NCBI RefSeq assembly: GCF_041146345.1
Contig: NW_027191406.1
Location: 930,001 to 994,000, forward strand
DNA length: 64,000 nucleotides
Reading direction: 5' to 3'
Source of the DNA: Neodothiora populina
Lineage: Eukaryota
Shown: positions 51,127 to 63,514 of the stretch, piece after piece
Position numbering within the stretch: position 1 is the first letter of the stretch
Layout of the letters: each line of letters opens with the position of its first letter
Program-made: the position numbers and the translations under genes
The notes under the pieces: model-generated
The model's database searches: none
Seen by the model: the letters and a program-made list of their open reading frames with translations, nothing else
What the model was told of the DNA's origin: nothing

Positions 51127-52284
51127 TCATAGTATGGTACACAAGAGAAGAGAGGCTCCAACGCAGCCCCACAGAGACAAGGGTAATATCTTGGACCAAG
51201 CAGCGCTGTCTGAAGTGGCGCTGGTGGTGGCAGCTGCAGCTCTCGTCGAGGAACCAAGTCCAGAGCCAGAAGTCCCTGTAGACGTAGCACTGGCAGCAGC
51301 TTCACCCGTGGCGCCGGCGAATCCTGTCGAACGAGGGAATCCTGTAAAGGAAGAGGAAACGGTGGACAAGGCAGCGACAGAAGTCACGGATGTGGTATTC
51401 TAAGCGCAACGGTCAGTTGCTGAAGATATGAATCGAGAAATGGCGTGGTCTTGACATACTCCGATCTGAGCCTCAGCGGCTTTGCCACATACGAAGCCGA
51501 TGGCGTCAATGCCGTAGTTGCTCACATACTCGTAGTGAGGAGCAAAGTACAGCCCCGAATCGCAGTATGCATCGCCGCTGTCACAGTAAGAACGTGTCTT
51601 GTTGATGTACTGCAAGCAGCCACTATCGTTGGTGCGAGGAAAGATGCCATTGTTAGAGCTAGAGCCGGAATCAAAAGGTAAACCACCGACGTGAGCTGGG
51701 TCACCCATTTGTACAATTGCGATGACTGGTCAACAAGTCAGTAAGTGCTCACCGGCTTGTAATCCAAGAGCATACTGTTATCGTTATATTTGCTGTCCAA
51801 AGGCGAGGTCGTCTTGAAACCTGAAGAGCTGATCCCGCATACCGTATCACCCACTACCTGCGCGCCTTGAGAGTATCCAAGCAGTACAATCTTACTGTTG
51901 GGACAGCTGGCGACATATTCTTCAATGAGCTTTGTAGCATCTGATAGCAAAGGTTTAGCTCTCGTCGGCTTTCACTGCTCGTCAAGACATACTGGATACG
52001 CCCGTGCCGACGCTTTGCCCATACTCGATCAAGGTGGCCGGGTAATCGACAGGTACAGCATCAGAGCCAGGAAGAAATTCCTGAATACCCGCAACCACTG
52101 GTGCGAGCAAAGATCCTATGCCTGTCTCTTCCGTCGATGCTCTGGCGACTATCATGTGTACACCCGTCGTCGTGCAGTTGACACTGTCCATGGTCTGTCG
52201 TTCTTCGAGTTGAATAGACGGCAGTGCTTGCACCGCCACGGCAATCACAATGGAGAGCAATGATAGTGATTGCATGGTTAACAT
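51127..52284 (-). CDS. CE5 cutinase/acetyl-xylan-esterase-like protein with Ser/Thr/Ala tail and probable GPI signal
   Basis: Signal peptide, IVARASTE, VDYPA, CPNSKIVLLGYSQGAQV, MGDP, SYCDSGDAYCD and APHYEY. Introns 51992-51941, 51775-51726 and 51458-51400. C-terminus TSDSAAWSKILPLSLWGCVGASLLLCTIL. Confidence 0.87.
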
Positions 52285-53414
52285 AGCACTCAGGAGTGTT
52301 GATGGTGCAACTTGAAGGAGTAGAGACGACGAGGACTTCAGGGAAGTGTGTCGCATCGAATCAACTTACGACTTGAGACATACTTTATGTTTCGGGCTAT
52401 TGACTATTGTCCAGCATCAACGAACTTGCGTCAACGGTCACGGTTTGAGCACTTTGCAGACCCTATCTGAATGCAAGCATGACCACAGATTAAGGGCAAG
52501 TCCCAGTCCGATGAAGCTAGATCTAATTCATAGATCCGACAGCAATAGTTTGGACGACGCCGCAGGGACGTCACGGATTGATACATTCAGTGTCGAGAGT
52601 GTGTCAATAGATATCTGCTGGGAGACCTACTTAGGGTAATGCTCTCGTTAGGGAAGCTTAGGATGCAACGGCATTGCCGAGACCCACGCTTGCCCAACGG
52701 CCTGTAAACGCTATTCAAGATCTGAACAGGAGTTCGAGTAATTGTGAGGCTGGTGACGGAACTTCGAATATATACTGGTATGGCCGCACAAGACAATAAT
52801 GGAGATCACTGAGCATGAGTGTGCCAAACTCAAGGATTTTATGTTTGCATTGGAACTCCTTCAAGCGTCAGCGGAGGATGGACATCTGAAGGCTTCAGCT
52901 GGATGGACATTCGCAAGAGTGTTGTTTGAGGGAATGACTTCGACCCACAGACATGATGAGCAGTAGCTAGCATGCTGGTCCCAGAACAACGGAATATTCA
53001 GCGCTGGTACTTTGCAGGCAGCATAGTACCTAGTATGTCAAGGTAAGGTATTGAGCAAGGCAAGGTACCTTCTTGAGGTACTTCATCTGACTTCAAGGTA
53101 GTAAGGTAGTTCTTGTGCCCAAGTCCCCCGGTGATGTCGTTGCTCAAAATAGCTACAGAGCTCGGAAGTCGGAAGGACATCTCGCCGCATTGTGGCTTGG
53201 CACAGGATTGATTGACTGACTTGTTGCTTCGCCACCCTTGAGCTCCTACCAAACAATAGGCAGCAGTAACGCTCGACGCCCTGTGTTCTATATCTCTCCC
53301 TCTGCACAAGCTTGTATATTGCAAGCTTTCAACAACTATCAGTCATCGGTCTATAATTCCCACAGCTTCAACTTCTTGTGCGAGCCAGTGCAAGCTCGAA
53401 AGGAAATCAGCGCT

Positions 53415-54628
53415 ATGGTTGGTCTTCACGTTGTAGGCCATTTGGCCCGCCGCGCTCTTGATGGAAGCCCGGAACAATTCCAGGTCGAGCAACTGAAGAA
53501 AGCAGCTCGTCTTTATGAGGATACTCCAGGCGCAGAAGTCAAACCAGCTGAGATGATTCCTATTGTCCTTACTATTATTCTGTTCATAGTGCTATATGCC
53601 TCGGTATGTTACAAGTCGAATCACTGTAGCCATTACGTCACAGCTAATGTAACCTTCAGGTCCGCTATACCCTGGGCGAAGTTGTGTCTACTTTGGCGAT
53701 GATCGAGCAGCCCCAGTCTACTGTAACCCGTCAGACTGTTGATGCTGATAGCATCGAACCCGATGCTCCCCTTGACAAGGAGGAGAAAGAACGTCTGATC
53801 TTCGAGGAGGAGGTCGTCGTCAAGCAAGAACCGCTCACCCGCAGTATCCGTAAGACCATCCGTCACCTCCACTCTGTTGGCGGCTTCTCTGCACGTTGGA
53901 GAGGTTTGGGCGTCTCGGCAGCATACCACCTCGCCCATAGTCTCTGCTCCAACTTCATCGCTTCCTTCTTCCACGACTTCGCTATTGTGCAGGCGATCAC
54001 GTACATCGTCTCCAGCGTACTTCTTGCTCGTATTCACATGACCTGGACCCACGTCATGATCTCTGAGCCCTCGCCAAAGCCGTGGTTCCGCCGCATCGTC
54101 AGTGATGCAGGCGTCTGGAGAGCTCTGATCTTGCCGTCTGCTGTTTACGCTACAGCTCAGATGACCACCATTGGCTTGCCTGTTATTGCCTTTGTCACCT
54201 TCACCTCCGGCTCCGGAGTAGCCAACTACAGCCAGATGTGGATCGGATTGCTGGCCTCTGTTATGGTTATGCTTGGACTTAGCCTTCTTGTTCTGCTCCC
54301 TGCTTCTGTCACTCTTACACGAATCGAGGCAAGCTTTTTGCCCGAGGATGAGACCACTATTGTCCCCTTTGATAGGACCTTCGGTGGAGCCAAGAACGGC
54401 AGCAAGAGCCTCTTCATTGAGGCCTGGAGGTCGTTTGATATGTCTTCCCGACTTCGCCTGATCGTGTTCTACGTCAAGATGGCTGCCATTCAGATCATGA
54501 TTGTCAATGTCGGAATCCATGCAGTCATGGCCGAGACCTGGATACTCGGCATGGACAGGCTGTCTATCCTTGCTCAATCAGGCAGCGCTCAGTTGCGTCT
54601 TGCTGCTATGGGTGTTGACCAGGACTAG
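53415..54628 (+). CDS. Conserved fungal multi-pass membrane protein of unknown function
   Basis: Intron 53604-53659 joins the frames. Several hydrophobic segments, with motifs YTLGEVVSTLAMIE, IRHL..VGGFSARWRG, WTHVMIS and LTRIEASFLPEDETTIVPFDRTF. Confidence 0.8.
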
Positions 54629-55696
54629 ATGCACGACTCCCAAGGTCGAAACATCTCTTTTGTAACAATATTTGTCTCTCTTCTGGTGTTCTCACAGCTA
54701 GTTGCTTCTGTTCTCCTGTAGCACAACTACAGTATTCGCAATCTTACCGACCGAATGCCAACATCTCGCCGTTTATGAAGTGCCGCTCTTGGGCTGTTCC
54801 AGCATATCAGTGTACCTTTCCCGCATGTTTACAAGGTACATGAAAACTCGTGATAGCAAGGTAAGACTTTCGTAGCTACGAATACCACAAATATTCGAAG
54901 TGATATTTTAAGAATTGGCAGAGGATCAATAAGCATCTGGCAGACACTTTTGATTCGGTGGATCACCACCAGCCTGCATTCCTGCCGCACGCGAGTCGGC
55001 TGCATCTGAGCTCAGCCGCAGTTTGCGCCCCGTCATCTGGGCTATCTATAACACCATTTCCATATCAGGCACCAACACACCCACCTAACAATGCTCAGCC
55101 AAATTGAGAGCGAGATCGCATACGTTCTCGTCATGCACATGAAGCGCCGCTTAGTATGCTATTGACTCCACGTGCAGTTCTGGTTCAAGTGAATGGCTAC
55201 ATGACAGATAAGTTTCTCCTTTCTTCACTCTTCTGTTTCCATAAGTCAATATCAATTTCCACATCTCGGTCGATTCCCTATCCCTTTTCGGGGTTCTCCT
55301 TATCTTTCCTTCCTTCGCCATTCTTCCTTTCTGGACTTTCGTTAACGGGAGGTATGACATGATTTGGTGGAGGATACCATTCTTTCTGTTCTTTCTATAT
55401 TTTTCTGCACCGGTGTACCGATCATAGCAATATTGCTGTCGAGGTTGCTGCCAGTAAGTCGTCTTGAGTGTAAAATATTCACTTCTTTTGAACTAAGTCC
55501 ATGATCAGCCTCGCGAAGTGACAGAATTCGGGTTATACAGCCTTTCTCGCACTCCTTCGCCGGAGCCCACAAGCCTTCTCAGAGCACCCGTAATCTCAGT
55601 GGGAAAGCCACCTCCTTCCGCCTTGAATGTGACTCGAGCACATTACCTGCGCTAAGGATCACTTGTCGGTCTGCATCGCCCTCGGGACTGCTAGAT

Positions 55697-56920
55697 ATGC
55701 CGCCGTACGCAAACACAACAGCATCAGCTCAGGAAACTGTTTCCAGCGTCATAGACTCTACAGCAACAATCAGGCTCTCTGACTATTCCATTCCTACGAA
55801 TTCATCAGAACTCACATCTCTACTGAAATCTTTACTGGACCTCGCTACAAGAACATCTACGCCTTCAGCCGGCATCAGTCTGACAACCACAATTCCCACA
55901 GGGTCATTCTGGAATTCGTCTACTATTGCAAGCTCCACAATGTCTAATTCAACCCTACAGGCGGCAGCGACATCGTCCAGCATCATGCACACATCTACTA
56001 CGTGCTGTTCCAGGACGACAGTCCCAATTGCGACAAGATCGACAGCCTCGCCAGCGGCAACATCATCGCTTGCTTCCACGGTCGTGAACGAGTCGCAGAA
56101 TGAAGCCTTGTCGACCCCACAGATTGCGGGCGTGATCGTTGGTTCCGTGTTTGGAGCAGCAATTATTGTCGCAGTGATCCTATACCTGTTTCAGTGTAAA
56201 AAACTCAGGCGTCAAGAGAAAACGCTTCCCTTCCAGATGGGCAAACGGAGACCATGGTCGAGCCAAGGAGCCGCATACCGACGAAGAAGAAGTGACGATC
56301 CCGAGAGAAGACTTGAAAGTGCCTGGCTCTACGATCCTCCCGTTCAAACACCGACAATTATCTTCACCGCACCGACTCCGCCGCCACAAGTGGCACCTCA
56401 AAGACCACAGCGCCGTCCGTTCGTACTGCCGCCTCGCACCGGCACGATGCAGAGTCCCCTTTCTTCAAGTCCGCCGAAGCATGCACAACCTCGTGCAAGA
56501 ATGCTTATGGAAAGAGTACGGAGCCACAGGAGGACAAACTCAGGACTCAGTGTACGAACAGTGTACACGGAGCCTGGCAATCCTTTCGCGGACGACGCAA
56601 TCGAGGAGAACAGTACCGAGCATCGAAGGAATGCAGGTACACAAGCTTATGGACCTAGTAGCTCAGCAGCAGCAGTACCAACAGCAGAACCGAATTCACC
56701 AATAGTCGTATCACCACTTTCACCGAGTTGTACCGGCAATGGACCTAGTAAGAGCAGCGTATGGGAGAATGTAGGAGTTCATAGATTACAACACCAGCAA
56801 CATCAGCGTTGTCAGCATCAGCATTTGCAGGGATTGGCGCCATTGAATACCAGCATAGTACCCAGACCAAGGAGCGATACCTTTGAGCTGGATAATACGG
56901 AGGTCGGGACTCCTTCTTGA
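55697..56920 (+). CDS. Single-pass membrane protein with Ser/Thr-rich ectodomain (Mid2/SKG6-like architecture); start uncertain
   Basis: 407-aa ORF: S/T-rich region, LSTPQIAGVIVGSVFGAAIIVAVILYLF transmembrane helix followed by basic CKKLRR, then a Pro-rich tail with NPF. Confidence 0.7.
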   Translation: MPPYANTTASAQETVSSVIDSTATIRLSDYSIPTNSSELTSLLKSLLDLATRTSTPSAGISLTTTIPTGSFWNSSTIASSTMSNSTLQAAATSSSIMHTSTTCCSRTTVPIATRSTASPAATSSLASTVVNESQNEALSTPQIAGVIVGSVFGAAIIVAVILYLFQCKKLRRQEKTLPFQMGKRRPWSSQGAAYRRRRSDDPERRLESAWLYDPPVQTPTIIFTAPTPPPQVAPQRPQRRPFVLPPRTGTMQSPLSSSPPKHAQPRARMLMERVRSHRRTNSGLSVRTVYTEPGNPFADDAIEENSTEHRRNAGTQAYGPSSSAAAVPTAEPNSPIVVSPLSPSCTGNGPSKSSVWENVGVHRLQHQQHQRCQHQHLQGLAPLNTSIVPRPRSDTFELDNTEVGTPS

Positions 56921-58320
56921 AGCACATACGAAATACACGTACTTTTTTCATCTAATTCGGATTTTGTCGGATCTGTTTCTTTCTTTTTTCCCTGTACATA
57001 ATACCCATTCTCTTTCTTTCTTTCTTCCTTCTTCTCTTCTTTTACCTTTGCCTGCCAAGGTTTAAAGCCGATTCAGGAATCACAGTACACATATGACATT
57101 ACATAGAGTCAGCCAGACCTAATTATCTTAGCAAGCGAACAACCAGACATTTGATTGCTTTGCCGATAGCAGAACTACCTCTTCCTACGCTTCTAAGGTA
57201 TGCTTGAGTCCTCCAGTCACATGGATACTTAGACCATATAAAGGTGTACTACACAGTAGTGTACCCCTTAGCCTGTGCTCATTATTGCAAAGCGGGTTCG
57301 CGGATCTTAGGCGAGGTACAGTGCAACAGCCACGGGAAGAGAACATCTTAATCCTGCCTGTGTGCTGGCGCTTTATACAAACTACGTACTAAGACCCCAC
57401 CCCCAGCTTGAAATCTAAGATAAAAGTACAGAGAACTGTACCTTGTTCCTTCGACCTGTACCTGAGCCGAAGTGCCTTAGGTACGGTATCTTCGTACAAG
57501 TACAACAGCACAACAACAAGGTGCCACGCCCCGCAGACGACGCGTGAGTTTCGCGTTGTTGTTGATTCTTCTGACCGTCATCCGAGAGATCTAAAGGGGT
57601 AGGAGAATCGGAAAGCCTCTCCAGAAACAGCGCGACAGTACAAAGATTATAGCGACTAGACGTGATGTGAAGTCAGATGCCCCAGTATGCATGCGGGATC
57701 GGCTCCACTCTTCCGTGTAGTAGGCCCTGTACTGTACTTGTACCTACAGGATAGTGTAGGTAGATAAGGCGTATCAACACCTTAACTATCTGATTGACCC
57801 GAACTGATGCATATCAACGTACCTTACTTTAGTTTAGTCCGGACGGTTATCTTGACCATTGATGAATCCCTCGCACATCTTGTTCACTCAGTAGCCTAGA
57901 TCAAAAGATCCAGTGGCGCTTTTTCATAAGCGTTTATTGGGATCTACATCATATCTTGTTGCTCAGGAATATGGTTAAGACGATACTACACTAAAACCGT
58001 TGCCCCGCGGAGATCCTAATATATGAAAACACCAGGATTTTCACAAGACTATATGCCAAGGGCGATGGTGAAAAGTTTTATACGCAGTGGGGAATAGAAG
58101 ACACAAGCGAGCTCACGATCCAGAAAAACTTGAAAAATTGGTGTTGATTAGGCGCAATAGCGCTATCCTTTTCCTCACCCAAGTAGGCGCCCCGGAATAT
58201 GTACGCCAGGGGGTATCATTATAATACATTAATTAACTATCGTGCGTGTTCTTCTCTCGTAAAACATGTCTCCCGGACCTCGCGGTGAGGAGGGCAATGT
58301 CATATGTTCAAGCCTCACAC

Positions 58321-59541
58321 TTAGAAAAGAGCAAGAGCTGCAAGGGCAGCAGCGCCGAGCATAGGTGCGGCGGTCCTCATTGGGACACCAGCGTTGGAGG
58401 TGGCGGAGCTGGCAGCAGAGCCAGCAGCACCGGCAGCAGAGGATGCAGCGCTACCAGCAGAGCTGGCCCCAGAGGAAGCAGCAGACTCGGCAGAGCTAGC
58501 ACCGGATGAAGCGGCCGAAGCGGCAGAGCTGGCTCCAGAGGAAGCAGCAGAGCCAGCCGAGCTGGCACCAGAAGAGGCACGAGAGGCGGCAGAGCTGGCA
58601 CCGGACGAAGCACCGGAAGCGACAGAGCTGGCACCGCTGGTAGCAGAGCCAAGAGCACCAGTTCCGGAAACAGTGGTAGAACCTGTGGTGGTGGTGATGG
58701 TGCTGCCGTCAGTGGTGATTACACCGATCAGAGGAAGGACGGAGACACCGGAGCCACCGGTGGAGGTGGCGTTACCACCAGCACCAGCCTCACCTGTGCT
58801 GTAAAGGGTAGAGGAGCCAGTGATAGTAGTGAAGGTGCTGCCTCCAGAGGTGACGGTGGCGGCAAGGGCAGAAGTGGTGACGGGAGTGCCTGAGACAGTG
58901 GTGGAGCCAGTGGTAGTTGCGATGGTGCTTCCATCAGTGGTGATGGAGCCGATCAGAGGAAGGACGGTGGCAGTAGCACCAGAGCCGGTGCCAGAGCCGG
59001 AGCCAGCGACGCCAGCTGTGGTACCGTTAGTACCTTCGGTGCCAACGGTAGCAGTGGTAGTGGCAGTGGCAGTGGCAGACGCGCTAGAATCGTCACTGCT
59101 GGAGCTGGCAGTGATGGCAGTGGCAGCAGGAGCAGAGCTACCGGAGGCAGTCGCGTATTCTGACCAAAAAGTTAGCTACTAGTCAGGACTATCAAAGTTT
59201 GACATAAAACGTACGCTGGCAGAAGCTCTGACCGACGCTGATAACCTGAGCTGCGTCTGAGGCACCACAAGCTTCATTGGAGCAATCTCTAATGCCGTAG
59301 CCAAAGTCTGGGTTGCTGCACAGACAAGAGATGTCGGTTGAAGAGCAACCGAGCGCGGATGCTGCACCAAGCATGTTCTGAATGCAAGTTTGCTTGAGTA
59401 GATGTCAGTCCACGCGTTCCACGTTTCGATGCCATGGGCAAGAAGGTTACTTACACCACATTGAGAGAGGCCGGAGAGCGCGCTCAAATCTTGCGCGGCG
59501 ACAAGGGCGGCAGCGCCAATTGCGATCACGAAGCTCTTCAT
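58321..59541 (-). CDS. CFEM-domain GPI-anchored cell-wall protein with Ser/Ala repeats
   Basis: Signal peptide MKSFVIAIGAAALVAA; 8-Cys CFEM (LSQCG|QTC...GCSSTDISCLCSNPDFGYGIRDCSNEAC...FC); two introns; GPI-type end TSNAGVPMRTAAPMLGAAALAALALF. Confidence 0.9.
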
Positions 59542-62500
59542 TGTGGAGTGTCTGGGTGAGTTTGAGATGGGCAGACTGTTGTAACGTTCGATTGACGACG
59601 ACGGCGCGTAGGTCGTATATGAAGAGCACTTGCGACTGTGGATGAGTTGCGAGGAGGAGATGGAGAGTGTACCTGGGATGCTGGGAGACTTAAATCACTT
59701 TCAAAGTCTTCAGGTGTGACCTACCACCTCATGCACGCGAAGCAATATCGATCAGCCAATTAACCCTGTAAGCTTTGGTGATGCAAAACAAGTCCTGCAC
59801 TAAGATATCTGGTTCCTTGCAAACCTGTTTGTGCCTGGGTATCGAAACAGGGTCCTGCGCAAGGTCTGGACTACCATTAGAGCTGCGGGCCGGTCAGACT
59901 AGCAAAGGGGAAAGTAATGGCAGACCAATCGTACGCAAGCGATCATGTCAACAAAGGAAATTGGTTGTAGCTCCTCTAAAAGCTTGTTTCGCCGTACTCA
60001 GCCAGCACCGAGATGCACGTGTCTCCATCGCGCGAACTCTGACAACTTTTACCAGCCTTGTTGACAGCACGGGCGACTACTTTCCATGGTTCACTCTATA
60101 CTTTCCACTTGCCTGTCTACCCCAATCTCATTTGCGAACTCGAAGCAGTGGCTGATGATAGCCGATTGTGGTTACACGGCTGAGTCGGACTTCAAGCAAG
60201 GGAGGCCGGTTCGGTTGAGATCTCATAGTGTAGGGCAGGATCTTGGCTCAGGTTTCCCCGCACACATGATATGTGAGCACGGTCATCTCTACACACACCC
60301 GCAACACACAGTAGATGTCATAGGCTCCACTGGCCATCGCCAGCAATTCGGCGACTATCGAGTTGTTTCTCCTTCGTAAAACGTAAAAGGATTTCGATGA
60401 TCACTAATGACGACCATAAGCTATCGAAGTATCATGGTGGAATGTTGACCCTGAAAAGACTGTGCTCTCATCTGTGCTCATGTCCTCCGTGCACAATGAT
60501 GCCGGTGTCATGGCTGGACTTAGCCTAGAGACAGGGGGCTGATCACCACTACGCCAATCGCATACAGTACAGCACCCCAGCCTGAACTTCTGCATATCAT
60601 ATAGACCATATTCAAAAACTTGGATGCACGTGTATACAAGCCGTATTTGTTGTACAGACAGCACACATCGACACGTTCTGTTCTGCGCCAACTGCATGCT
60701 GTGCACGTCGCAGCTTGCCAAGGGATGTAGTTCGAGTTGATCCGTCGAGGTTGAACTCCAGGCACCGCCTATCTTACATCATATGTGCTCAAAGCGTTTT
60801 TCTAGTGCTGACCGCAAGATCGTCCCACCGTGTCCGGGGTTCATCTAAAATACTTGACGTGGATAATATATTGTGCCCGACTCTTGTTTTTGAGGTAAAC
60901 AGATCCGATGACTTCATCCTGTGATGCTCACTGTCAGGTCTGTTATGTCTTAATTTTATACCGAAACCAATGTATGACTTGGACAGAAAGCTGCACCAGA
61001 AGCTCCGTTCGCTCCCCCATAGTTTGACAAGATGCAGCATCGTTAGTAGCAGCCAGATCGAAGTTACAGCTGCATGCCGTAGGCTCCGACCGCTTCGCTA
61101 CCGTCCCGCCTCCCTAGCCCCCGGTGCAGAGACTTAGTTTCACAGCGCCTCCGACGCTCTATTCATTCGTATTTGTACCGCGTTGAGAGTCAGAGAGAGT
61201 CAGAGATGACGACAATGATCCATCGCATTATGTGAGGGCAGTCAGTCCAGCTACACCACATGACGCGCTTCTCAGAAGTTTTGCAGCGCAATCTGGATTA
61301 ATCAATACAGGAAGAGAAAATGTAAGACTCTGTAAGCACTCGTAGCACTGACTGCGCTACTACTGTACAAGCTTCCATGCAAGCGCGCCTCTTGTCAGGA
61401 CTAACGACGCGCGTATAATTGCCTGCTGCCAACTGCTCTCTTGATCAACCGCCCATGCACAATGTCACAGCTCTTGTTCCCCAAGCTCTGGCAGTCAAGT
61501 CCGAAATGAGTATAGGCTTGGAAGTACCAGCAGCCGAAATTTTCGAGAACAGCATGATCGATATGCTTCTGCGCATGGAGCAATCACACTCTGCGCAACG
61601 TTACTGCAGCGTGTGCGCTGCGGAGGACATGTGCCGTTACATGGTAACGTCGTCGTCCCCGATGTCCTCTCATATCATAGTGGTACAAACAAATCAGAGA
61701 GGCAGATCGACAGATTCCCCTGACATTACTAAGGCGGAGATACTAATGTCACCGCAAGATACACAGATATGTCATGTTCATCATGCGACTCTGCCATGCT
61801 CGTCAGAAACAAACCACTATGCTTTCATCGTCTCACATAGCTTCTTCAAGAGAAGCCTTCAACATGCAAGATGAGCAAAAGAGCCTCATCATAGCACTTA
61901 CAGCCCAAGCGTTTCCCCAAGATTACAACAAACGTTCATAATCTTCCAATCGGTGCTAGACAACGGGCCACGATCATGTGTGCCTCTGGAAGCCTTTCCC
62001 CTGTCCTGACAGTTTCACGTGGTGGGCACATCTTCACTATACAAAAGTGAGATTGTCGCGACACCAATGCATGTCTGAAACCTTGCCCTTCGGAACCAGT
62101 CGACAACGGCTGTGCGTGTGGTCTGGGGTCCAAAGGAGATATCCGTCTGATTGCTCTGTTTCAAGTGATTAATGCTTATAGGGGATGTTGTAGAGATACT
62201 GTAAGTTCATCCCCGCATACTGTTCTTTGATGCGAAGACAAGTTATCTCCCCGTTGAAATCTTCATACCTCGACCTCGCTTGCTTCTTCCTATGAACAAA
62301 AGCTCTTGCCAATCGTTTCATTGCACCGGTAGGTAAGCTAGCAACTCTCTCTCTCTCTCCCCTGCCTCTACTTTTACAAGGCTGTATGTTCGATCGGCTA
62401 GTCTCCCCACCTCGGACCACTGATCATATGCTCCTTCGGAGAATGGTGTCTTCCAAGAACTCTTGCCGGAACTTTCTCGACAGACGACAAACACATTTCG

Positions 62501-63514
62501 AAGATAAGCAGAAAGACCCCCAAATGGACAACGAGTTACATACCACGAACATATCCTTCCCAAGCGCCGCAACCAGGTTCATAAATAAGCATACCACAAC
62601 AATCCGACGTTCTCCTCTTAATGTGGTTCTCTGCCAAGGGCTGTATCCAAACTCTTCAAAAAGGAAAACATCGCAATCTCGCCTTATCACATCAAACCCC
62701 TCCCTTCTCTACATGCCCTAGTCCGAATTCCTAATCACATTCTGGAAAGTAGAAGAGAATGTATCCATGAGATGTAAAACCCGCTATTGTCATCCAGTTC
62801 TGTCATTCATATCCCATCTTGCATACCGTATCACATGTTCAACATCTATCCCTTCCTTTCTTTCCCTTTTTCTTTCCCGCTAATCCTGGAGTCAGTAGTC
62901 TTCTGTAGTAGATAACCTTCCTGTTCTACTCTCCCTTGCATTAAGTGCTCCTTCAGGGGATTGAGAGTGGGTTGTATATCCCACAAACATTTCGTATGAA
63001 GTCTACTCCGGTCTGTACTAAATGATACGTATGCAGGGTCTCCTCTTCATTGCGGAAAGGTGTTGTGATGCACGATGTAAGTTATGTTCTTGTTCGTGAC
63101 TCGGGAATCGTCTGGAGCAATCTGCGTGAGAAGTGCAGTGACAGGGTCACCCTGTCGGTCTGGTGTCTTAGCCCTGAACTGTGTGACGAGCATAATTATT
63201 GGAAAGTATACCACTCGAGTGTACCCTCATGATGATGATGGACGATCATGGCTGAGTTTTCTTTGACTCTATACCAATTCAAGGAACGAAACATGGTGGT
63301 GCTGAGTCCAATCCACCCCTCGCATGACGAGGCTATTTCTTCTGGTTAATATTGATGCGTCGTTATCATACGGCTGATATGCTAGTGAAAGAAGAAGAAT
63401 GACAGTAACAATCCAATAATGCTCATCCAATGATAGTTTACCTCCCTTGTCCTGGAACACCAATACCCTCATTACCCACCATGCTAATCGCTAAAGTCAC
63501 TGGCTTTCCCCTGC

